From Candidatus Omnitrophota bacterium (GTDB lineage Bacteria > Omnitrophota > Gorgyraeia > B26-G9): a DNA stretch of 64,000 nt. Numbering within the stretch: the first letter of the stretch is position 1; each line of letters starts with the position of its first letter. This document shows, piece after piece, positions 56,695-64,000 of this stretch. Location of the stretch: positions 5,077 to 69,076 of the forward strand of contig JBDRJV010000047.1 of assembly GCA_043814605.1 (NCBI GenBank), written 5' to 3'. The notes below the pieces were generated by a model that made no database searches, was not told where the DNA came from, and saw only the letters and a program-made list of their open reading frames with translations. The position numbers were made by a program, and so were the translations under genes.

Positions 56695-57702
56695 ATGGGA
56701 GTGCGTATAGGTATTAATGGGTTTGGCCGAATTGGCCGTCATGTTTTTAAGATTGCTATGGAGAATAAAGATATTGAGGTGGTGGCAATCAATGATTTAA
56801 CAAGTGCGGCAACTTTAGCACATTTGTTAAAATATGATTCTATTTACGGCAGATATAGTAAAAAAGTAACTGTTGACGGTAATGCAATTGTGGTTAATGG
56901 GAAAAAAATTGGCATTAGCGCAATCAAAGATCCTAAACAATTACCCTGGAAAGAGTTAAGCGTAGATATCGTAATTGAATCAACCGGAGTGTTTAGGAAA
57001 AGAGAGCAAGTGATGTGGCATGTAGAAGCAGGAGCAAAAAAAGTTATTCTTACGGTGCCATCTAAAGATAAGGTTGATAATACAATTGTGCTGGGAGTTA
57101 ATGAAGGAATGCTAAAAGCAAAAGATGTTGTTGTATCTAATGCGTCTTGTACAACTAACTGTTTGGCGCCTGTGGCCAAGGTATTACATGATAACTTTGG
57201 TGTAATTGAAGGATTAATGACAACAATTCATTCTTATACAAATGATCAGCAACTTCTTGATTTTCCGCATAGTGATTTAAGACGGGCACGGGCCGCAGCC
57301 CTTTCTATGATTCCGACGACTACGGGAGCAGCAAAAGCTGTGGGACTGGTAATTCCGGAGCTTAACGGAAAATTAAACGGAATGGCAATTCGAGTCCCGA
57401 CTCCAACCGGTTCTTTGGTTGATTTAGTGGTAAAACTGGAGAAAGATGCTTCAGTTGAGGAAATTAATGCTGCAGTGAAAAAAGCTGCCGAAGGTCCGAT
57501 GAAAGGAATTTTAGCTTACTGTGAAGATCCGATTGTCTCAGCGGATGTTATTGGTGATTCTCATTCCTCAGTTTTTGATGCCCTGAGCACAATGAAAATT
57601 GGCGCAGGAATGGTAAAAGTTCTTTCTTGGTATGATAATGAATGGGGTTATTCTAGCCGTGTTGTGGATTTAATCAGTTTAATGGTTACCCGGGGACTTT
57701 AA
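56695..57702 (+). CDS. gap: glyceraldehyde-3-phosphate dehydrogenase
   Basis: GINGFGRIG, SNASCTTNCLAP, TGAAKAV, WYDNEWGYS. Confidence 0.98.
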   Translation: MGVRIGINGFGRIGRHVFKIAMENKDIEVVAINDLTSAATLAHLLKYDSIYGRYSKKVTVDGNAIVVNGKKIGISAIKDPKQLPWKELSVDIVIESTGVFRKREQVMWHVEAGAKKVILTVPSKDKVDNTIVLGVNEGMLKAKDVVVSNASCTTNCLAPVAKVLHDNFGVIEGLMTTIHSYTNDQQLLDFPHSDLRRARAAALSMIPTTTGAAKAVGLVIPELNGKLNGMAIRVPTPTGSLVDLVVKLEKDASVEEINAAVKKAAEGPMKGILAYCEDPIVSADVIGDSHSSVFDALSTMKIGAGMVKVLSWYDNEWGYSSRVVDLISLMVTRGL

Positions 57703-57745
57703 TCATAGGTCATGTTAAGAGCTTTAAAATCATAAAGTTATAGAC

Positions 57746-57783
57746 AAAAGGGAGCAGGATGTTTTAATGTCCTGCTCCCTTTA
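57746..57783 (+). terminator. intrinsic terminator after gap
   Basis: AAAAGGGAGCAGGAT-loop-GTCCTGCTCCCTTT. Confidence 0.8.
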
Positions 57784-57789
57784 TATTAC

Positions 57790-57818
57790 TTGACATCAAC
57801 TACTATATATGCTATTAT
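57790..57818 (+). promoter_or_regulatory. sigma70 promoter
   Basis: TTGACA-17 bp-TATTAT with TG extension. Confidence 0.6.
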
Positions 57819-57949
57819 CAATTTTGTTAAAAACTATATATTATATACATAAAAAACTTCTTGAAAAAGATATTTTCCACCCCATACCTAAGGATAGGGT
57901 GAATTATTTTAAAAGGAATTATTGTCTTTTGTAACTGCATGAGGTAAAA

Positions 57950-58180
57950 ATGAATGATATTATTACGGCGATGGAAGTAGTGAAAAAATTTAATATTTCT
58001 TATCAGACATTAAATCACTATACTAATTTTGGGCTGCTTAACGCAATCAGGAAAAGAGGGTTAGGGAATAAACGGTTTTATAAAACATCTGAAGTTAAAA
58101 GAAACCTGGATAAAATTGATGATTTGAAAGGAAAAGGATATCCATTGAAAATTATTGCTAAGATGCTGGATAATAATTAG
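57950..58180 (+). CDS. small MerR-type HTH protein
   Basis: EVVKKFNISYQTLNHYTNFGLL..RFY..GYPLKII. Confidence 0.8.
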   Translation: MNDIITAMEVVKKFNISYQTLNHYTNFGLLNAIRKRGLGNKRFYKTSEVKRNLDKIDDLKGKGYPLKIIAKMLDNN

Positions 58181-58315
58181 TAATAAATAAGCTTTCAAGG
58201 AAGAAGGGGAAAATGGATTTTTTAATAAATGTTGATCAGTTACTAAGAACATTAAAAAGCTGGGCTTTTTGCAAACAGGCAAAGGTACAGCTTTTTCTTT
58301 TTAGTGAGGCCAATT

Positions 58316-59176
58316 ATGAGTTATTATAAAATTTTAGGATTTAAAAAAGAACCGTTTTCAACTAGTCCTGACCCTTTGTTTTTTTATGAATCACGCGAAC
58401 ATGAAGCAGCTTTAACTAATTTATTAATTGATTTAAGATTAAAAAGAGGGTTGAGTGTGATTCTCGGGGATGTGGGAACAGGTAAAACCACATTAAGCCG
58501 AAAACTCTATCAGCAGGTAAAATCACAAGAAGGGTTTATTTGTCATATGATGTTAGATCCCGTATACAATGACGAGGAAGTTTTTCTAACATCTTTAACC
58601 AGAAACTTTGATGTGGGGACAAGTAATGAGGGGCCGAAAAGCTTGAATTTAAAAGAGGCTTTGGAACGGTTCTTGTTCCAAAAAGGGGTTGAGGAAAAAA
58701 AGACCATTGTTTTGATTATTGATGAGGCGCAAAAGCTGAATGAATTGACGTTAGAGTGTTTAAGAGTTTTATTGAATTATGAGACGAATGAATATAAGCT
58801 GTTGCAGCTTATTTTACTGGGACAAATGGAATTACATTCAAAAATAATATCAATCCCGAATTTTATTGATCGAATCAGTTTTAAATATACATTAAATCCT
58901 TTGGACGAAACCGAAATGCGCCAAATGATTGATTTTCGCATTAAACAGGCCGGATATAGTTCAAACATGCAGTTGTTTTTAGATAAAGCATTAAAAGCAA
59001 TCTATGATCATACCCGGGGGTATCCAAGACGGGTAAATATGCTTTGCCATAAAGCGCTTAAACGTTTGGTGATGAGAAATAAATTTATTGTAGATGAGGT
59101 GTTGGTTAGAGAACTTATTGTTGAGGAAGTTGCGCAAGGGTTGGTTTGGGTCAGGCAGCCGACAATTGTAAATTAA
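58316..59176 (+). CDS. ExeA/GspA-type AAA ATPase
   Basis: EPFSTSPDP, GDVGTGKT, IIDEAQ, LLGQ, GYPRRVN; start ATG 58316. Confidence 0.9.
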   Translation: MSYYKILGFKKEPFSTSPDPLFFYESREHEAALTNLLIDLRLKRGLSVILGDVGTGKTTLSRKLYQQVKSQEGFICHMMLDPVYNDEEVFLTSLTRNFDVGTSNEGPKSLNLKEALERFLFQKGVEEKKTIVLIIDEAQKLNELTLECLRVLLNYETNEYKLLQLILLGQMELHSKIISIPNFIDRISFKYTLNPLDETEMRQMIDFRIKQAGYSSNMQLFLDKALKAIYDHTRGYPRRVNMLCHKALKRLVMRNKFIVDEVLVRELIVEEVAQGLVWVRQPTIVN

Positions 59177-59191
59177 AATTTTTAGAAAATC

Positions 59192-59869
59192 ATGGCAAAT
59201 AAAAATTTTTCACCGGAAAAACGTTTATTGCAGATTATTGAGTCTCAAGAAAAAACAGATGATTCTAATCTTTCACCGATAAATGAAGCAAAAAAAATTG
59301 TTTCACCCAGTTTTTTAAAAGCAAAATTTTCTTTTTTGCTTAGCCGGCTAAAAAATATTCCGGGGAAAAGTACAAAATTAAAGCTCGAGTTAGAAACAAT
59401 AAATAATGTACTGCAGGTATTGATTGTTGCTGGTGTAATTATATTAGGGATAAGTGTAACGCTTAGTTTTAATAAGCTGAATAAAGGCATTATAATTAAG
59501 GATAATGAATTAGAGGCAAATGCAGAGATAAACTTGAGTGAAATTGTATCTTTGCTTAAACCGGTAGAATATTATTTGGAAAAAATAAAAAAACGCGATT
59601 TGTTTAGCCTGGAGACTGCTGCAGAAGTGAAAAAAGGCAGGTTTAAAGATGCGGAAGAACCAGGTTCCTGGTTAGCTGAGCGTGTGAAAGATTTAAATTT
59701 AGTCGGGATTTCCTGGTCACAAGATCCGGATGCAATTATTGAAGATAAAAAATTTGAGCAGACTTATTTTGTGAAAAAAGGTTATATGATTGATGAAATC
59801 GAAGTTTACGAAGTGCTTGAGGACCGGGTAGTTCTTCGTGCAAGGGGAGACAAAATAGAACTAAAATGA
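59192..59869 (+). CDS. GspC/PilP-like inner-membrane secretion accessory protein
   Basis: single TM, then LNLVGI..AIIED..YFVKKG..VLEDRVVL; lies between ExeA and secretin. Confidence 0.6.
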   Translation: MANKNFSPEKRLLQIIESQEKTDDSNLSPINEAKKIVSPSFLKAKFSFLLSRLKNIPGKSTKLKLELETINNVLQVLIVAGVIILGISVTLSFNKLNKGIIIKDNELEANAEINLSEIVSLLKPVEYYLEKIKKRDLFSLETAAEVKKGRFKDAEEPGSWLAERVKDLNLVGISWSQDPDAIIEDKKFEQTYFVKKGYMIDEIEVYEVLEDRVVLRARGDKIELK

Positions 59870-61674
59870 AAATATTTTTTAAAGGGTTATTTATTGTTTT
59901 ATTTAATATTGTGCTGGTTATTTTATGCTTTGCTGAACCAGTCTCGCCGCCGGTTTTAACGACAGAACCGCAGCCGAAAGTTTCGCCTTTAGTCGAAGGA
60001 ATACAAGGTACTATTTCCCTGGATTTACGCAAGATTAATATCGATGATGCGTTAAAGTATTTTTCCCTTAAAAGCGGATTGAACATTGTCACGACAAAAT
60101 CAGTTACCGGACGGGTAACGCTTGTGGTTAAGGATGTTCCGGTACAGGATGTTTTTGATATTATGCTGCGTTCAAATGGGTTGGCTTATGACAAAATCGG
60201 AGATATTTATAATGTTATGAGCCAGGATGAATATAAGGTTATTTATGGTAAAAGGTTTTCGGATATCCGGGAAGTAAAAGTTTTTCGCTTAAATTATGCA
60301 ATGCCAGAACAGGCTTTTAGCATGCTGGATACAATGAAAAGTGATATTGGAAGAATCCTGGTTGACCAGGAAACAGGCACTGTGCTTTGCATGGATTCTC
60401 CGGAAAAATTAGAGCAGATGGAAGCGGTAATGAAAGAGTTTGAAAAAGAAAATATTACCCGGATTTTTCAGCTAAATTACGCGAAAGCACTCGAAGTCGA
60501 AGGCCATTTAAGAACGCAGCTTAATAATAAAAATGTTGGTTCAATCCGGGCAGATGAAAGATCTAACCAAGTTATTGTACAGGCTTTTCCGGAAAGAATG
60601 AAAGAAGTAAGAAGATTAATTGAAGCTTTAGATGTAAAAACAAAAGAAGTTTTAATTGATGCCAAAATTTTGAAAATAAATTTGGATGATAGTGTAACAA
60701 CCGGAATTAAATGGGAAGGATTATTCGACGTTTCGGAAAAAAAAGGTTTAACCTATATCGGGTCTACACCGTTTACTTCTGTGCAGGCAACAACGGATGA
60801 TTGGCGTTCAAGGCAGCAAGTTTTAAATGATGTGGGTAATGTTGGCTCCTATCCTTTTAGCGGGACAACATCAAATTATTCCAGCGGCCAATCTTCAATT
60901 GGTATTGATAAAATGCATATTGGCATGATTGGTGCACATGATTTTGATGTTACATTACAATATTTGAAAACAGTTACTGAGGCAAAAATCCTCTCTAACC
61001 CGAAAATTGCTGTGGTTAATAACCAGGAAGCCCGGATTCATGTCGGAGAACGCCAGGCCTATGTTACGACAACGACTACCAGCGGCCAATCAACAAGTAC
61101 GATTTCGGAAGAAGTAAATTTTATTGATATCGGTATTCAAATGGATGTTGTCCCGACAATCAATGAGGACGGGTTTATAAGTATTAAACTCAAGTCTGAA
61201 GTTAGTAGTGTGATCAGTGTTTTAATTACGCCGACAGAAAATCAAATCCCGATAATCGATACCTCCTTGGCAGAAACAACGGTGTTAGTAAAAGAAGGAG
61301 CGACAATTGTTATTGGCGGGTTGCGTAAGGAAGAAAAAACAAAATATGTCCAGAGAGTGCCAATATTAAGTAAGATCCCTTTGTTCGGGTTATTATTTCA
61401 AAATAAAACTGACGGCAAAACTATTACAGAATTGCTGATCATGATTACTCCGACGATTATTACAGGAGAAACATTAATTGCTTCTGAATCTAAAGAGGTT
61501 GGCCTGCCGAATATTAAACCGGCACAGCAATATGAGGATGTTGAGCGGATTAAAAAAGAGCAAGAAACTTTTATGCCTCCGCCGCCGGAAAGTAATTTCG
61601 GAGGCATGCAGCTTAAAGGGGCAAAGGCTTACAAAAATTACGAAGGATTCGAAGATTCTCAAAATAAAAAATAA
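59866..61674 (+). CDS. secretin (GspD/PilQ family)
   Basis: N-domain repeats; EVLIDAKI, ILSNPKIAVVNNQEARIHVG, VPILSKIPLFGLLF, ELLIMITP. Confidence 0.92.
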   Translation: MKIFFKGLFIVLFNIVLVILCFAEPVSPPVLTTEPQPKVSPLVEGIQGTISLDLRKINIDDALKYFSLKSGLNIVTTKSVTGRVTLVVKDVPVQDVFDIMLRSNGLAYDKIGDIYNVMSQDEYKVIYGKRFSDIREVKVFRLNYAMPEQAFSMLDTMKSDIGRILVDQETGTVLCMDSPEKLEQMEAVMKEFEKENITRIFQLNYAKALEVEGHLRTQLNNKNVGSIRADERSNQVIVQAFPERMKEVRRLIEALDVKTKEVLIDAKILKINLDDSVTTGIKWEGLFDVSEKKGLTYIGSTPFTSVQATTDDWRSRQQVLNDVGNVGSYPFSGTTSNYSSGQSSIGIDKMHIGMIGAHDFDVTLQYLKTVTEAKILSNPKIAVVNNQEARIHVGERQAYVTTTTTSGQSTSTISEEVNFIDIGIQMDVVPTINEDGFISIKLKSEVSSVISVLITPTENQIPIIDTSLAETTVLVKEGATIVIGGLRKEEKTKYVQRVPILSKIPLFGLLFQNKTDGKTITELLIMITPTIITGETLIASESKEVGLPNIKPAQQYEDVERIKKEQETFMPPPPESNFGGMQLKGAKAYKNYEGFEDSQNKK

Positions 61675-61710
61675 AATATAAAATGGACAATTAAAAATTG
61701 AGGTTAGCTT

Positions 61711-63882
61711 ATGAAAAAAGCAGGATCAATTTATGTAATGATTTTAGTCTTTACTTTTGCTGTTTTTTTAGCTTGGGCGCAAGCAGAAGATAAGGAAAAT
61801 ACATCAACCGATGTGACAAATAAGATGCAGAATATTGTTAAGGATATGGATATTCTCAACCAGGATTTAAAAAAAGAGAAAAAAGCGTATGAAGAATTAA
61901 AAAAACAATATGATCAATTAAAATCAAAACATGAATTCATGGCGGAACAATTTTCACTTAAAGAGCAATCTTTAAGGCTTAAAGAAAATGAGGTTATTTC
62001 ATTAAAAGAACAGCTTAGTAATATCAGCAAACTTTTGGAAAAAACTCAGGAACAGCTTGACCAGTTTAAATTAAAAAATGAGGAAATGACGCAGCAGCTT
62101 CTGCAGGTAAAATCAGAATTAAAAAAAAGTGACGAAAATTATCTGCAAAATATGCTGGATAAAACTAACCAGATGAATGATCTGGAGGTGATTGTTGTCG
62201 AGTTAAGGCAGGCGAGCCGCCAATTATTAAATGAAAAGGAAAAATATATAAAACAGGTAGAGGAATTAGCAGCAGATGTTAAAAATTTGCAAGCCCTGCT
62301 TCAGGATAAAGAGCAGGAATTTAACAACAAACTGATGAAGATGAAACAGGATAATATTAGTCAGATAGAAGAGATGCTAGAGAAAGAAAAACTTTTAAGT
62401 GAACAAATAGTTATTGCCAGAAAAGAAATTCAAACGCTTGAATATAGAAATATGCAGCTTGATGTAGAAAAGCAGGAGGATAAAAAAGCCGCAGAACTTA
62501 AGCTTGCCGACAAACAAAAAGAATTAGATTTTATCAAGGAGGAATTAGAAGGATTGAGGCGGCATTATGCCGAACTTGATAAAAAATCAAAAGATTTTAA
62601 CTTATTTAAAGAGAGATATGAAAACGATATCTTAAGATCAAAAAGAGAGTATGAAAAAAAAGAAAAAGAAATTGCTGAGCTTGAGCAATTGCTTAAAGAT
62701 AAAGAAAACGAAGCCAAAAAACAGTTTTTAGATTATGAACTGACACAAGCAGAGCATAAAAGAGAATTTGAAGCAGAAATTACAAAAATGCAGGAAAAAC
62801 AAAAACTGTTGATGCAAGAAAAAGACCAATTAAATTCCGATAAAAAGCAGGTTTTATTGAGAATGATTAGTCTGGAAGAAAAAATGAAAGGGAAAGTTAT
62901 ACCCGGGGAAAACCAGGCTGCTGGAACAGCCGAAGGCGTAAATCAGGAAAGTTTGCAAATTGCTAATGATGAGATGGAATTTCTCAGAACAGAATTTAAA
63001 CATCTTAATAATGTGTTAAAAAGAGCGAATGAGGAAATTAGTATTTTAAAGCAAAATAACAGCGATGTGACGCAGGATAATATCGGTTTAAGGACGCAGG
63101 TTATAGATTCCAAAAAGAAAGAAAGGGATTTAAGAGGAGAATTGGAAAACATAGAAAAAGAACTTTTAGAAAAAGAACAAAATTATGCGGAAAAACTTGA
63201 GAAAAATAAAGATGATTCAGATAAAGAATTTAAAAAATTCACTAAGCTTGTAACTGAACTGGAAAAACAGAATAAACTTATCAATAAAGAGAAGCAGAAT
63301 TATTTAAACCAGGTTTCCGAGGAACAAGCAAAAGTTTCTGCATTAAAGCAAGAACAGGAAAGTTTAAAAAAAGAAAACAAGGATCTTACGGCGCAATTTA
63401 AAAAACTCTCTTATGCAGAACGCCGGTGGCAGAAAAAAGAGCTTGTCCAGGAACAGCTTATTGCAAAATATTCCGAACAGATTAGTGACTTAAAGGGTGA
63501 TGTTGACTATTGGAAAGTTGAGAATAAGCGCTTAGAGTTATTGCTTAAAACTATGCCGAAGAAAATGGCTGAACTTGAGAAAGAAATTAGTGATATAAGA
63601 ATTGAAAATTCAATGCTGCATTATAATACGGGCGTTTTTCATACTCAGCGACAGGAATATACTCAGGCGATTGTTGAATTTAATAAGTGTTTAAAATATA
63701 ATACGAACGATGCGAGTGCGCATTATAATTTGGGCATTATTTATTCCCGGTATCTTATTGATGAGCAGAAAGCAGTTTTGCATTTTAAACATTATCTATC
63801 TCTTTCTCCAAACGATAAAGATGCAAACCGAGCCAAGGAATATCTGCTTATTTGGGCTACACAAAAAGACAAAGAACCATAA
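61711..63882 (+). CDS. exported long coiled-coil protein with C-terminal TPR
   Basis: signal peptide, roughly 600 aa of heptad-rich E/K/Q/L sequence, HYNTG..AHYNLG TPRs. Confidence 0.8.
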   Translation: MKKAGSIYVMILVFTFAVFLAWAQAEDKENTSTDVTNKMQNIVKDMDILNQDLKKEKKAYEELKKQYDQLKSKHEFMAEQFSLKEQSLRLKENEVISLKEQLSNISKLLEKTQEQLDQFKLKNEEMTQQLLQVKSELKKSDENYLQNMLDKTNQMNDLEVIVVELRQASRQLLNEKEKYIKQVEELAADVKNLQALLQDKEQEFNNKLMKMKQDNISQIEEMLEKEKLLSEQIVIARKEIQTLEYRNMQLDVEKQEDKKAAELKLADKQKELDFIKEELEGLRRHYAELDKKSKDFNLFKERYENDILRSKREYEKKEKEIAELEQLLKDKENEAKKQFLDYELTQAEHKREFEAEITKMQEKQKLLMQEKDQLNSDKKQVLLRMISLEEKMKGKVIPGENQAAGTAEGVNQESLQIANDEMEFLRTEFKHLNNVLKRANEEISILKQNNSDVTQDNIGLRTQVIDSKKKERDLRGELENIEKELLEKEQNYAEKLEKNKDDSDKEFKKFTKLVTELEKQNKLINKEKQNYLNQVSEEQAKVSALKQEQESLKKENKDLTAQFKKLSYAERRWQKKELVQEQLIAKYSEQISDLKGDVDYWKVENKRLELLLKTMPKKMAELEKEISDIRIENSMLHYNTGVFHTQRQEYTQAIVEFNKCLKYNTNDASAHYNLGIIYSRYLIDEQKAVLHFKHYLSLSPNDKDANRAKEYLLIWATQKDKEP

Positions 63883-64000
63883 TGAAAAATCTTTTTTTTA
63901 TTATAGTTTTGACTATTTTAATTTTGCTAGTTACAATGTTACATATTGGGTATAAGGCTTGTGCAAATCAGGAATTTGCGTCTTTAGCGCCGCCGGCGGG
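63882..64000 (+). CDS. partial exported protein, 3'-truncated by window edge
   Basis: ATG overlaps the previous TAA; MKNLFFIIVLTILILLV signal-like, open to the end. Confidence 0.5.
   Translation, partial: MKNLFFIIVLTILILLVTMLHIGYKACANQEFASLAPPA

Overview
AT-rich bacterial window; gene content suggests a PVC-superphylum, Omnitrophota-like diderm (inference only). 1-32 kb is an accessory lipid-biosynthesis and signalling island. It holds a PlsC acyltransferase, a START/SRPBCC-acyl-ACP reductase fusion, a formyltransferase, a PLP alpha-oxoamine synthase, an inactive plus an active ketosynthase, a thioester-reductase-type SDR, a nitroreductase, two phytoene-desaturase-like genes, four 7TM-type histidine kinases, four response regulators (two HD-GYP) and mtnP. 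The island is interrupted by cargo: three AAA_14/DUF4143 ATPases, a four-helix-bundle gene, a RAYT-like HUH transposase and a HipBST-like module. 33-45.5 kb encodes a secreted S74 fibre, an FN3 protein, a signal-peptide Rhs toxin with immunity gene, a second RAYT-like element and a MOMP-like porin. 45.7-64 kb is mostly core genes: glycolipid genes, pcm, priA, fmt, two galT, gap and an ExeA/secretin operon. Four unexplained structures stand out. (i) Integrase-less cargo cassettes sit in the last codons of host genes, and a diverged copy of the host 3' end follows the cargo stop. (ii) Both HUH transposase genes lie between perfect terminal inverted repeats and have leaderless promoters. (iii) A four-helix-bundle gene is bounded by a perfect 24-bp heptamer inverted repeat. 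(iv) A 45-46-bp hairpin element inserts in phase, without target duplication, into heptamer arrays. No rRNA, tRNA or CRISPR array was recognised. All calls come from reading motifs by eye; no database search was run.
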